A DNA stretch of 64,000 nucleotides from Mantamonas sphyraenae STR306 (GCA_026936335.1 JAPMXV010000043.1:124001-188000), one strand, 5' to 3'. Shown: positions 1-11,869, numbered from the stretch's first letter. Translations and numbers: made by a program. Notes: generated by a model not told the origin, from the sequence alone.

Positions 1-3000
1 CGCTTTTCCTGCACCTTGTCAAACACAACCTTGAGGGTCAGATCCACGAATTCGTTGCGTTCCAACACGTGAAGGCCTGCCGTTTCGGTGGTCTCATCGG
101 CTGGGTACTTGAGTTCGATGTTGAAGCCTGTTTTTTGAGGCACCTTGTCAAACACCTCGGCCAGCGTCGGGAAGGAGTCGTGAATGGACACCACATGACC
201 TCGTTCCTTGTGCTTTTGCGTTTCTGTGTCTGCCTCGAGTGCGCCGTCGGCTGGCACAAAGTCTCGGTCCCTGTCCACTGTGACGCGCTGGCCCTGTGAA
301 CCACTTGACTGCTCGCCTTCCGATGCGGTCGAATCTTCGCCGCCACTGATGCTGTTGTTGCTGCTGCTACTGACGGTGCCGCCGTCAAACTCGAGGGCCG
401 CTGCCTTGCTTGCTGCGGCACGAGCGGCTTGCTTGCCCTTGGCTCGTCGTGCATCTTGCTTGCGCTTGGACAAGTTGCGACGTGGTGGCGTGCCCATGCG
501 AGAGTTGCTGAGTTCCGAGTCGGAATTGATGCTGCCCGAGCCTTCGCCGTCGCTGTCGCTCAGGTCGCCCTGGGACTGGGTAGTACGCAAGTCAAACTCT
601 GCGTGACTGGCGCGTCGTTTGACAAAATCCTTTGTGCGTGGCAACCAGCGCTTCTTGTCCGTGTGGCTGTTGGCTTTGCCCGTGACGGAGGTGCTGCCCA
701 GGCTTTTGAACTGCTCCAGGGTGAGCTGGCCCACACTGACGCCCATGCCCAATTCCTGGACGTACATGTTGTGATAGATGACAGGCACCTTGTCCTTCGT
801 GAACTGGACGTCAAACTCGACGTACTCGGCACCCAGGTCCGAGGCGGTCACAAAGCTGAGCAGTGTGTTTTCCTGCACGTGGCTGCGATGGTACTTGCCC
901 ACCTTTGCGGAGCGGTTCGCGCCATAGCCACGATGGCCAATGAGCTTGATCTTGGAGGTACGAAACGAGTCGAGGAGCACGTGGGAGATGTCAAAGTTGC
1001 CAATGTCGGGCGTGGGCGTAATGACGAAATACTGGAAAGTGAAGTAGCCCACGACGTCGAGCTCGGGGCTGATGATGGCTCGTTTGATGGTTCCTCGCTT
1101 GTCCTTCATGTCCTCCGGGATGATGTGCACTTTGCCCAGGATGGCGGGTGAATCGTTGGGCAGCACCTCGATGACGAGGTTGGTCAGCTGCTCAAAGGTG
1201 TCACCAGGCATTTTGAGCAGATTCTGCCGGTGCGGGTCGCTGGCACTGATGCTCATGGTGTAAGGTTTGCTGAGGGGCACGTTGGACGAGACGACCACCT
1301 TGCCCTCAAAGGGTTCGTCGGTGTTGAGGAGCTGCACAGGAGGAGGCACCTCGCCGTACATGCGCTTCAGTGCACCCAATTGGTCGCCCAGCATGAGGTG
1401 CAGCTGGTAGGAGTTGAGAAGCCAGCCTGCAGTGGAGACGTACTCGGAGGATTCGTCGAGGACGTCCACCTCGCGTTCATCGCTCACGTCGTCCTCCACG
1501 TTGCTGCCGCGGTCGCCATTGACGTTGCACTCTTCGCGTGGGAGGAAGCCATACACGCCGTCGTCCCTCACAGTGGTCTCTGTGTCGAGAGCACACAGGT
1601 CCACCTTTCGGCTGCCCGGAATGGTTTCCCAGTTGACCAGGGCACGTCCGTACCCACGCACCATGTACTTGTAGCGCACTACGTGGCTACCTGCGTCCAG
1701 TTTGTCTTGTGGGATGGCAAACAGCACGGTGGCCGTCCAAACATTGTAATCGGGGCGCGTGTTTGCGCCGCTGTCACCATCCAGAGCTGTGTCGTCGTCC
1801 ATGGTGTGCCTCATCATCACCAAGCTCTTGAGGGGGTTCCACTTGCCCAGGATGGGGTCCTCCCCCACAATACACACCTGGCGGCCGGGCTTTGTTTTCG
1901 CCCTCACAATAAAGTGCACTGTGCGCACATTGGTCATTTCCTGATCGTCCACGAGCTCGTCCACGTCCATGGACAGGGTGCTGTTGCTGCGCACCATGCT
2001 TCCGCGCAGGGCAAACGGCGAAGCGTGCTCGTTGGCCTCAACGCTGTTCTCTTCCCGTGCCACATCATCCTGGGAGGAGGTCTGGGTGTCACCCGACGTT
2101 GAACCGCTGGAAGAAGACTGCTGGAAGCGCTTTTCTCTGCGCTCGAGCTTGCGCACTGCCTGCTCTCGCTCCGGGGCAAGGGAGATCTCTGCGAGACGTT
2201 CGAGGTCGAGGACACGAGTTTCGCTGCCCTTGCTGAGTTCGGGACGCATGTGATGGTAGCCAAGAAAGAGAGCAGCGTCGTAGGCGGTCCACTGTGCGTT
2301 GTCAAGGATGCGTGTGTCTGCCCCGGAGGCGACGAGCATGCGTGCAACTTCCTGTTGGTTGGTCTCTGCTGCGAGGTGCAATGCTGTGCTGCCAAACTCA
2401 TCCTGAACATCCAAAAGGCCTTGTGCATCCTGGGTGTCTTGTGTCTCGTCGTCATGGCTCTCTGAGGCCAGGACGTTGGAGCAGAGCAGCTGGACAATGG
2501 CCGGCTGTTTGTTCTGCACGGCGACATGCAGGCTGGTACGTCCCTCGTCGTTCGCGGCAAGGCGATCCACAGAGTCCATGTTGAGGAGCAATTGGACAGC
2601 CTGGAGGGCGCCTGAAGCGCAGGCGACGTGCAATGGTGTGTTGCCAACCGAGTTTGTGCAGTTTACGTCTGCGCCTGCAGCGACCAGCATCTCCAGGATG
2701 TCGGCGACATTGTGGTCACCCTGGCCGGCCACACACAAGTGCATGCAGGTGTCGCCGGAATTGTTGGCCTGGCCCACGTCCAGGGTTTCCGGAAAGCTAT
2801 CGACGAGGAGCTGGAAGAGCGCCACTCGTGTGGCCAGCGGGTTTGTGCACGCGAGCATGGCCGGGGTATTGCCCTGTTCGTTGGGTTCGTCGACATGGAG
2901 CATATCGCGTGTCTCTGCGTGGTCCAGAAGCACCTGGAGACAGGCGTCGGAGGCACAAGCGCAGACGGTGTGGAGGACGGAGTCTCCACGCTCGTTGAGA

Positions 3001-4202
3001 AGATCGGGGCGCGCTCCGTGGCTCAGGAGCAGACGCATCAGGGAAGAGTTGTTGCTGCGAGCAGCAGAGTGGAGCAGGGAGTCGCCGCCTGCGTCTTGCA
3101 GCTGTACAAACGACGCAAAAGCGTCCGGGTCGTCCTTGAACAGGCCCGGATGCACACGCAGGGCTTCCAGGTACGGGTGTACGTCGAATGGAACTGTGGA
3201 AGAATCACAGGCCTCCAGGATGGGTTGGGCCAGGAGTTCGTAAAGGACCGCAGTGGGCTGAATGGCGTCGAGCAAGTCCTGAATGGCGGTGAAGAGCTTG
3301 TCAGCAATGGTATCGTCTCCAAAGGCTTCGCCGGCAACAATTTGGTCACTGGAAGCCTGGGCGGCGTCGAGGAGGTGACGGACAAGGACTCTGGAACCCG
3401 ACTTGGCCATGGAGCGCTCATGGTGCTTCACAAGCTCACGGAGCGGTTGCTCGACGTCATTCTGCATGCGTCGCAGGATATCGTCATAGGAGGCAAGGGA
3501 CATCTTGGCGTTGATGTTTTGCAGGAGGATCTTGGCGACCTTGCGATGGGTGCAGCGTTCATAGGCGACGAGGAGCTTGTTGAGAGCGCGGAGGTTGAGC
3601 TCAGCGTAGCGACGCAGAGCCTCTATTTCCCCGACCAGGTCGTCGCACACGTGGGTGTAGTGTACAAAGGTAGAGGTGTCGAGGGCGCCGTCGACACTGT
3701 CCTTGAGCATGGCCAGACGAGTGGCCACGTTGTCTGAGCGGCGCTGGAGTTCGCCGGCACGGGAGGAGAAGAAGGACTCGGCCTTGAGGAGTTCCTTATC
3801 GAGCTGCATGAGGAATTGCACCGAGACAGAGGAGGGCGGGCTTTGTTGTGTGGCCGGTTGTGTGTCAATGGAGCTGCTGGACGAGGTGGAGGCGGCGGCA
3901 GCGGACAATGAGCTGTCGGTTGCATGGCTGGCGCCTTCAGTGTCGTGGGGCTCCTCCGAGACAAAGGAGGCTACGGAAGCAAAGGAGGCGACAGACTCTC
4001 GGCGATGGTCATGGAGTTCGACATCAAGGTGCATGTTGGACTCCTGAGGCACGGTGGAGAGGGAGTTTGGGGAGTTGCTGCTGGGCTGTTGTTGAGCCTT
4101 CTCGATGCGCTTGAGCATCTGCTTGAGCAGCTTGTAGTCCAGGTACTGACTTTGCCACTGGGAGAGCGCCGACTGGGCAAAGAAAGTCTCGAATCGCTGC
4201 AT
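1..4202 (-). CDS. GDE1: SPX + ankyrin + CBM20 + glycerophosphodiester phosphodiesterase (Gde1/GPCPD1-like); 3' end runs off the window
   Basis: Not in the ORF track because there is no stop in the window. Manual translation from ATG 4202 gives MQRFETFFAQSALSQWQSQYLDYKLLKQMLKRI (SPX start), ankyrin repeats (GDSLLHSAA, GNTPLHVAC, GSTALHLAA), a CBM20-like segment (VHFIVRAKTKPGRQVCIVGEDPILGKWNP...YKYMV...WE) and GDPD motifs LIGHRG, ENTLLSF, VEFDVQFTKDKVPVIYH, FNIELKYP. One continuous frame. Confidence 0.9.
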   Translation of the reverse strand, partial: MQRFETFFAQSALSQWQSQYLDYKLLKQMLKRIEKAQQQPSSNSPNSLSTVPQESNMHLDVELHDHRRESVASFASVASFVSEEPHDTEGASHATDSSLSAAAASTSSSSSIDTQPATQQSPPSSVSVQFLMQLDKELLKAESFFSSRAGELQRRSDNVATRLAMLKDSVDGALDTSTFVHYTHVCDDLVGEIEALRRYAELNLRALNKLLVAYERCTHRKVAKILLQNINAKMSLASYDDILRRMQNDVEQPLRELVKHHERSMAKSGSRVLVRHLLDAAQASSDQIVAGEAFGDDTIADKLFTAIQDLLDAIQPTAVLYELLAQPILEACDSSTVPFDVHPYLEALRVHPGLFKDDPDAFASFVQLQDAGGDSLLHSAARSNNSSLMRLLLSHGARPDLLNERGDSVLHTVCACASDACLQVLLDHAETRDMLHVDEPNEQGNTPAMLACTNPLATRVALFQLLVDSFPETLDVGQANNSGDTCMHLCVAGQGDHNVADILEMLVAAGADVNCTNSVGNTPLHVACASGALQAVQLLLNMDSVDRLAANDEGRTSLHVAVQNKQPAIVQLLCSNVLASESHDDETQDTQDAQGLLDVQDEFGSTALHLAAETNQQEVARMLVASGADTRILDNAQWTAYDAALFLGYHHMRPELSKGSETRVLDLERLAEISLAPEREQAVRKLERREKRFQQSSSSGSTSGDTQTSSQDDVAREENSVEANEHASPFALRGSMVRSNSTLSMDVDELVDDQEMTNVRTVHFIVRAKTKPGRQVCIVGEDPILGKWNPLKSLVMMRHTMDDDTALDGDSGANTRPDYNVWTATVLFAIPQDKLDAGSHVVRYKYMVRGYGRALVNWETIPGSRKVDLCALDTETTVRDDGVYGFLPREECNVNGDRGSNVEDDVSDEREVDVLDESSEYVSTAGWLLNSYQLHLMLGDQLGALKRMYGEVPPPVQLLNTDEPFEGKVVVSSNVPLSKPYTMSISASDPHRQNLLKMPGDTFEQLTNLVIEVLPNDSPAILGKVHIIPEDMKDKRGTIKRAIISPELDVVGYFTFQYFVITPTPDIGNFDISHVLLDSFRTSKIKLIGHRGYGANRSAKVGKYHRSHVQENTLLSFVTASDLGAEYVEFDVQFTKDKVPVIYHNMYVQELGMGVSVGQLTLEQFKSLGSTSVTGKANSHTDKKRWLPRTKDFVKRRASHAEFDLRTTQSQGDLSDSDGEGSGSINSDSELSNSRMGTPPRRNLSKRKQDARRAKGKQAARAAASKAAALEFDGGTVSSSSNNSISGGEDSTASEGEQSSGSQGQRVTVDRDRDFVPADGALEADTETQKHKERGHVVSIHDSFPTLAEVFDKVPQKTGFNIELKYPADETTETAGLHVLERNEFVDLTLKVVFDKVQEK

Positions 4203-5204
4203 GGTATGCTAAGCGCGGTGTGTTCTCTTCGGCATGGGTTGGATGGGGCATTGGGTGCGAGGAGGCTTTGACGTGGGGAGCCGTGGGGCTGGGGTAGTGG
4301 ATGTGTGCTGACACAATGGCTGCATGTGGTGGGTTTTGTCCGTTGGCGTGCTGGTGGGCGGCAACTGGGGTTCAGGGAAATTGGGGTAGCTCGGAATCAA
4401 AGTCGGGGCCGAGCGAGGGCAGCACGCGGACAATCACGTCTGCAGACAGGGCCCTGTTGGACCTCAAGGTTCAACGAGATAAGCTGAAGCGGTACAGCAA
4501 GAGTGTACGTGTGTGAGAGGGAGCCTGTGCCCGTCTGCGCGTGCCCGGAGCGTGGGACGGCAACGGACGCGGAATTGCGGCAGGACGGAGAGGAGAGGCG
4601 CTGACGCGGATACGAGGGTGGGTGGCGCACACAGATTGGCAAGGTGATTCAACGGGAGACGGAAATTGCACGAGAGCAGTTGCAGAGGGACAACCGGGCT
4701 GGAGCGCTACTGGCACTGAAGAAGAAAAAGTACCAGGAAGGGATGCTGGAGAAGGCCGCCGGGACGCTGCTGAACGTGGAAACGATGATTGAGGAACTGG
4801 AGTTTGCGCAAATCGAGAGCAAGGTGTTTGAGAGCTTGACACAGGGCAACGACACGCTGAAGAAGCTACATGAAGAGATGTCGCTGGAGGAGGCAGAGAA
4901 GCTGATCCAGGACACGGAGGAGGCAGCAGCGTACCAAGCAGAGCTGGAGGCGATCCTGGGGGCTGAACTGACAGAGGTGCAGCAAGAGGAAATTGAAGCC
5001 GAGTTTGCAGAGATCATGCGACTGGAGCTGGAGGAGAAACTGCCGGACGTGCCAAGTGTGGAGCCTGTTGGGGAGCTGGAGGTGAGTGTTGATGCGAGCA
5101 CTGAGGTCTCAGCAGGCACAGAAGGCAACACAGGGGCTAGGGAACAGGGGAAGAGCACAAGCAAGAGTGTCAAGGGCAAGGAAAGGAGTCTGGTGGCTGC
5201 GTGA
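4201..5204 (+). CDS. VPS20: ESCRT-III subunit Vps20/CHMP6 (spliced; first exon uncertain)
   Basis: Exon 4376-4504 GNWGSS...ITSADRALLDLKVQRDKLKRY; intron 4505-4634 (GTACGT...ctgac...ACAG); exon 4635-5204 with ALLALKKKKYQE, IEELEFAQIESKVFESL (Snf7 family). Start is ATG 4201 + GTATGC donor, or ATG 4234/4243 + GTGCGA donor at 4255. Confidence 0.88.
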
Positions 5205-5267
5205 GTGGTCTGTTCATTTCGGGGGTGGAGACCCTGCCCACTCCAGAATGGGTGAGCGTACGGGGGG

Positions 5268-6636
5268 TTACTGGATGCAACATTTGGAGTCCTTTGTCTT
5301 TTCCTGAGGCTTAGAAGACGGATGGTTGACAATCTCTGCGGCGACGACTTGCTGTGGAATGGAGAGGGGTTTCGTGTGGGATCCGGTTGTAAATACAAAC
5401 GCACAACAAGGGAAAGGGGACAATGGGCATTGGGTTGGACGTACGGTAGCACCCTCAAGTTCGGAGGGTGAGAGCTCGACGTTGGCAAGCTCGGCAGCAA
5501 TCTGGAGGAACATGCTGTTGAGGTTGTCGCCGGATTTGGCACTGATGAAGAACGAGTGCATGTTGTTTGTCTGTGCATATGTGTTGTGTTTCTCAGCTTT
5601 GACATTGCGCATGTGCTGGAGATCGGCTGAGAGGAGGGGCGGTTGAGGAGAAGGGCGTGTCGGGTGAGGGGTCGGAGGGAGGCGTGAGGAGCATGTGCTG
5701 CGGGACAAACTTACACTTGTTGGCTACCAACGCAATGTAGGGAAGCTCGGTGTCCTTGAAGGTTTTGGTGACCATGGCATACCAGTCGCCGATGTTCTGG
5801 AAGGACTGGTAGTTTGTAATGTCGTAGCAAAGGAGGACTGCGTTTGCGCCAAAGATGTAGTTGAGGAGCATCTTGCCGCCGATGGTCTGTCCACCAATGT
5901 CCCACACCTGCAGGTTGACGGTGGTGCCATCTGTGTGTGTGTGTGTGTGGATCCGTGGGGTGTGAACGGCGAACCTCTCGTGCGTGCCGTGGGCCTCTCT
6001 TGTGTGGCCACAAAGGCGCCAGGCGCGGTAGCTACCACAGCGCAGGTTGGAAGGGTGGCAGCTGTTCAGTGCACTGCATGGCGAGACGTGGAGGACGGCC
6101 CAAGCGGGACGGAGAAGGCGGGGGACGGTGCGTGTGATCGGGAAACCGTTTTGGCGCGGAAGGTGTTTGCGGGGCTGAGCAAGACAAACGAAAGCTTGGC
6201 AGGTGGCACAGAGACGTGGAGACAATGGAAACAGGGTGATGGGAGTACACAGGGAGATGGACAGGGAGCAAGGCGTGACGGAAGCCCACGTACCAGGGAG
6301 AATGAGGATCTTGGAGAAAAAATCCAAGCCGATGGTCTGCTTGTAGCTCTGGGCAAAGTAGTCCTGAGTGTATCGCATGGCAATGGAGGTCTTGCCGACA
6401 GCACCGTCACCAACGAGAATGAGCTGTGGTTGGGGGGTGGGGTGGGGAAAAGAGGGGTCGGGGGCGAGAGAGGAGCGGAGGCATGGTGAGGTTCGAGTCA
6501 GACAAATGGGTTCCGAGGACGGGCATGGAGCAAGAGTAGCAGCGGGGGACGCAGCACGAACCTTGTACTGAAGAGAATCAGTCTCGCTGTCGCTGTCGGA
6601 GCCTTCAAATTCGGCTTCTGCTTCGGTGCGGCTCAT
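5268..6636 (-). CDS. RAB28: Rab28 small GTPase (multi-exon)
   Basis: Acidic N-terminus, [32 protein letters not shown] (Rab28-typical G3 region), ANK|ADL, SAKSGD, C-terminal CCIQ prenylation motif; exons joined across GT-AG introns. Confidence 0.92.
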
Positions 6637-6692
6637 GAAGTGGAAGGGGGTTTTGAGTGGGGGGTGCTGCGCAGGCTTGATCAAAAGTGAAG

Positions 6693-7234
6693 ATGGATGA
6701 TGGACAGAAGGTGGTGTGGGTGGGGAACCCATACCGCAATGACTACGAACCCTCGAAGCAGGAGTTGGAGGAGTTTGCAGTGTACCTTGGCATGGATCTG
6801 AAGCGAGATCGATCGCTGCTGTGGATCGCACGGGAGGCAATCCGAGCTCCACTGCCAGACAACTGGCAGGCTGTACAGACAGGTCAGTGGTGAGGATGGA
6901 GGATGGATGCAGAAGATGGAATCGCGGGAGCCAGGGTAGAGCAGGGGCCGGGTGGGATGAAGTTTGCCGCCAAAGTAGCGTAACGGCTGACACTGCTGGC
7001 TGGTGTTGGGGAACCACTCGTGCAGAGTCGGACATGTTTTACCACAACGTGGAAACTGGGGAGAGTACATGGGATAGTCCCACGGACGAGTTTTACAGGC
7101 AGTTGTACGTCCAGGAGAAGCGAAAGTTGGCAAATGGTCGCCCCAAATCAAAGGAGCGACTGCTCACGTCACTGGACAAGCGCAAGAGTGGCGGACGCAG
7201 CGGAAGTTCCAAGGGAAACAGCAGCACAAGCAGT

Positions 7235-7266
<32 letters not shown>

Positions 7267-10200
7267 AGGAAGCAGCGTCAGGGCGAGCGGTGGAGGGGGT
7301 GGGGGAGGTGGTAGCAGAACTACGACGTCGTCGTCGTCGCTGACGGTTAACAGCAAAGCAAAAGGGAAACCACCGACGTTTGTGTCACCGCGGACAACGC
7401 GAGCAGCCAAAGGCAAACGTGCGCAGCGAGACACGAGCGGGAGCGTGCGACAGCAGCAGCCGCAGCAAAGGCAACAGGGCACGGGCCCACGTCCGAGGAA
7501 ACCAGGGTCGCGTCGGGGCAGCAGCGTGAGCGAGGCATCGTCGACAGAAAGTCTGCGGAGCGGACCGAGTGAGGACGGATCGTTGGACGCGGAGGAGATC
7601 AGCGAGGAGCTGTACAGCGACGAAGAGGACATGTGGAAGGGGGCCAGCGGCGGTGGGGAATGGTACACAGACGCAAGTGGCAAAGTGGTGCACACGGCCA
7701 ACACACGATCAAAGGGACTTGTGTTCAAACAACGGGAGGAGCAAGAGAAGAAGAGGGCGGAGGAGGAGGGGGGAAGGCGTCAGGCGATGGGCTCGTCCAA
7801 GGGCAAGGCAAAGGGCAATCCGAAGATCGACACCAGCAATGGTCCCGTGTTGGGTGGACCCACACGGCCACGGGACGGATCAGGGGCCAAGGGACGCGGG
7901 TCACGGCGAAAGCAGCAGGCGGAAGCATCGTTGAAGCGACTGACGCAGGGGATGTTGGAGCAGAGAGAAGCAGAAGAAGAAGAGACAGATGAAGGAGAGG
8001 AATCAGAGGAGGAAAATGGGCATGAACACGGAAGGAGGCGGAAAGGGAACGGATCGCCGGTGCTGAGTGTCGCGGGCACAGAGATTTCAGGGTTGACTGA
8101 CTTGTGGAGCGAAGCTGGGACGGGGGAGCAGGTGGATGAGGAGGAAAGCGCAGCCAAGGCACCGCCGAGTGCAATTGAAATGCTGGCCACACCTGTGTGG
8201 GACGAGGAAGCAGAGTCAACGGAAGAGTTTCTTGCGCGTGCGGGTGAATCGGGGATCGCAGGGACGGTTTGGTCGCCAAAGAGGAAGCGGGCAGCTGCAA
8301 GAGGAAGACTGGGTAGGGTGCGTGCACGTGACAGGACATTTGCAGAGCAGAAAGAAATCGAGGAGGCGGAGAGGAAGACGGCAATGGCGGAGCGGCGAAG
8401 GCGAGCTCAAAAAGAGGCGACGCTTGCGCATCAGGTGCAGAACAAAGCGTCGACAGAGGCGCTATTGGCAGTGGCCGAGCTGTGCGAGGTGGGCGCACTT
8501 GTAGGTGGGGGTGATAGTGGCAATCGCGGCTGGTCGTCGTCAAGCAGCAAGGAGAACGAGGAGAGTCTGGGAGACATCCTACAGGAAGGGAGTGGTGGGA
8601 TGCAGGTGAGCCTGGGCGACCTGTCGAGTGCGTTTGAAGGACTGCGTGAGCTGGTGGTGGACTCTGGGGCGAGCGTAGGGGACTCTGATTTGCGTGTGAT
8701 TGCAGATGCGTGCCGGCAGCTGGAATCGGTGCGGTTGAGTGCAGCGGACCTGGAGGAGGGTGGCGATGGGTTTGGTGGAGTGGGTGGACTGGACTCGCAG
8801 GCGCAGCCAAGCGATGCCGGGCTGGCCTATTTGTTTGAGAAGCAGCCGTGGCTGACACACGTGGAGCTGGACTCGCTGCAGCGCGTGGAAGGGGAGTGCT
8901 TTTCGAGTCTGAGCGAACACTGTCATGAAGTGTCGCACATTGGGTTGCGGAACATGCGCGGGCTGCGCTGGTTCGGCAAGCAGGGGTACGTGATGACCAC
9001 GATGAGAGACCTGGTGAACCTTGACAGCCTGGAGATGGTGGGTTGCCAGGACGCAGACATGGCCATTCCGGAAGCAAGTAGCAGCGATCTGTGGGTGGGC
9101 TATGCTCTGATGCGGCGTGCGCCGAACCTACGGCGTTTGACCCTGAGCGAGTGCCCGGGAAGTGCTCGTGACGTGCGCAAGTCACTCAACAGGCTGACCG
9201 ACCTGCGAGAGGTGGTCAGCAATCAAATGGACGACGAAACGCTGCTGGCATTGTTTGTGATTGCCACGCGACTGTGTGTGCTGGACACGGGCAGCCAACA
9301 ACAACTGCGCGAATCGACGTTGGAAGTGATGATGCGCATGTGTTCTGCGATGGAGGGACTGGCATGGCGCAGCAAAGTGTGCTTGGAGATGGTGGAAAGG
9401 CTGTTGACGTGCTACGGCCCTCGTTTGCGAACGCTGGAGGTGTGTCTGGATCACGAGGCGTCGTCGACCGATGCAGCGGGCAGGCGGCTGTCGCTGGGCT
9501 CATCAGTGGAACTGGGACGTCTGGAGCGGTGTGTGCTGCACAATGCGCTGTGGCTTACGGACGAAGATGTGATGACTGTGTGCACGCGTGCGCGCAAGCT
9601 TCGTGAACTTGTGTTGGAGGGGTGCTTCCGTGTGACTGGCGAGTGTGTGGTGGACATGGGCGCGGTGTGCAAGCAGTTGCGTGTGTTTCGCATCGACCTG
9701 GGCCAGGGAATGGGCGGAATCTGGGGTGGGGCGTTTGGTAGCTTCCTGAATGGGATGGTTGTCCGCCAACGCGGAAAGGTTGACGATGTGACAGGGGCGG
9801 AAAAGGGAGATGCGGAGGCAGACAATGCGTACGATGGAGTCATTCAGCGCATGGCCAAGCTGCAGGAGCTGCACGTGTCGTACTCGTTGGCGCTGGACAC
9901 GGAAACATTGGAACGGTTGCTGAAGGCAACCCCTGCGCTGGAACGGCTGGTGCTGACGGGATGTCCGCTTCTGGACGGCCAAGTGCCGAGTGTGGTGTCG
10001 TACGAGTGTGCTGGTCTGCGTGAACTGTGCCTGAAAGCGTGTGCTGGGGTGAACGGAGTGAGCGGACACAGCATGGTGGCACTGCAGGCGCTGGAGCTGG
10101 TGGTTGTTTCCGGGTGCAAGTCACTGCGCGCCAATGACGTGGCGGAGCTGTTGAGCAAGGCGCCAGGTGTGAAATCTGTGTATGCCAAGGGCTGTGCAGA

Positions 10201-10270
10201 ACTGGACGAAGTGGAGCGCGTGTGTCGAGCGCGTGGGGTGCGGGTACAGCGGCATGAGTGGAACGGCTAA
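6693..10270 (+). CDS. CEP164-type N-terminal WW module fused to a C-terminal cysteine-containing (FBXL/AMN1-like) LRR array
   Basis: Exon 1 [19 protein letters not shown]...[17 protein letters not shown]; intron 6883-7025; exon 2 [24 protein letters not shown], which matches the CEP164 N-terminal region. A low-complexity linker is followed by LRRs ([35 protein letters not shown]). Confidence 0.8.
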
Positions 10271-10405
10271 TCCGGGAATGAAAGTCAATTGGGCATGTGA
10301 CGGTGGCAATGGAGACCAGGAGAGAAGAGCAGTGCCTTGTGGGCGTCGGCCTCGGCAAAACTTTTTTCCTGCGAATGGTGAGTTGTTCAGGAAGTGCAGG
10401 AGGGC

Positions 10406-11856
10406 ATGGTTTGGGATGAAGGAACACTGACAGGGTGACATGGATGTGACTGTTTCACCATTGTGGTGGTGGTGTGGTTTGTGGTGACGTTGGAACACAC
10501 AGGGGAAGCGCGGACGCAAGGCGAGCACGAGCAGCGGTTCGAAGAAGCGCAAAACCACGTCGGGGAGCGTCGAGACACAAAAGGCAGAGGAGGAGGAGCT
10601 GTTGGAGCTGACTTTGTCGGCAGTGGACAATGTGGACGACGCGGCAGCAGGGAGCGACTTTGTGTTGCCGCCTCCACGAGTGGACGGGGCCACGGTGAGT
10701 GTTTTCCACGGTGACGCAATGTCAAAAAGCAGCCGACGCAGCAAGGCCTTGGTCTCGGAGGAACGGAAGACTGACACGCGTGTGCCGGGATGGGGATTCT
10801 TGCACGGATTGGGCGGCGACACACACACAGATCACCATGCAAACACGCATCCTGAATCCATACCTGGTGTGCACGCTCTGCATGGGGTACTTTCGGGAGG
10901 CGAGCACCATCGACGAGTGCCTTCATACATGTGAGTGGGGAGAGCCGCAGGCGGAGTGTTTGGCACAGCGGGTGTGGCCAGGATGGAGGAGGAAGGGATG
11001 CTGACATGTGTGGCGACGTGTGCGACGGAGTTCAGTTTGCAAGTGCTGCCTGTACAAATGGTTCAGCGAAGACAAGCCGGCCCACGAATGTCCAACGTGC
11101 GGGGTGGAACTGAGACACCCGCTGGAACACTTGCGTCCTGACAGGCACCTGCAGAATCTGGTGAACAAGGTGTTTCCGTGGTTCCCGCGCCAGGAGCGCG
11201 AGGAGGAGATCATTTTTTATTTGGAGAACAACATGGACGTTCCCGCGAGCGACGCAGACGAGGAGCTGGGCATCGACCTGGCCGAGTTTATCCGGGAGCA
11301 CAGACGCAACGGACACAGCAGCAGCAGCAGTAGCAGCAGCAGTAGCAGCAGCAGCAACAGAAACAACACAAGCAGCAGCGGCGGCGGCGGCGAGTACGAC
11401 GAAGGTCCTCCAGTACGGAACGGGCACGGCAACAAGGCTTGGACGAAGCACGAGGCGTTTGGGAGCTCGCATGGAGGAAAGACAGTGGCGCTGCGTCTGG
11501 TGTTGGACGATGGGTACGTGGAGGGAGGAGGCAAAGCAAGACCAAGCAAGCACCACACTCAATCGCTCACACTCACCCCACCCCACCCCACCACCCACAG
11601 GGAAGAGGAACTGGCCAACTTGCCCAACGCACGCGTGACGGTCCCTGTGCACAGCACAGTGGCCATGGTGCAAAAGTACATTCGGTTGGAGCTGGGCCTG
11701 GACGAGAACGACCAACTGGAGGTGTTGTGCAAGGGGCAGACATTGGGCACGGAACACCACATGGACTTTGTGCAACGTACGCTGTGGCAAAGCAAAGAGG
11801 CAATGGTGCTGCAGTATCGCCAGCGGAATCAGCCAATTCATTCATGGTTTCTGTGA
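10406..11856 (+). CDS. PCGF: Polycomb group RING finger protein (PCGF/BMI1/Psc-like; RING + RAWUL)
   Basis: Spliced RING LNPYLVCTLCMGYFREASTIDECLHT|FCKCCL...CPTC followed by LRPDRHLQNLVNKVFP; C-terminal RAWUL (TVAMVQKYIRLELGL...LEVLCKGQTLG...MVLQYR). The first exon is inferred as ATG only (10406-10408), with intron 10409-10502. Confidence 0.88.
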
Positions 11857-11869
11857 CATTCGGCTCCAT

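Noticed and set aside
429-3737. Long + strand ORFs (429-1151, 1230-2102, 2628-3737) and many similar ORFs elsewhere
   Set aside because: Antisense shadows of real genes in GC-rich DNA; the opposite strand carries the recognisable motifs.
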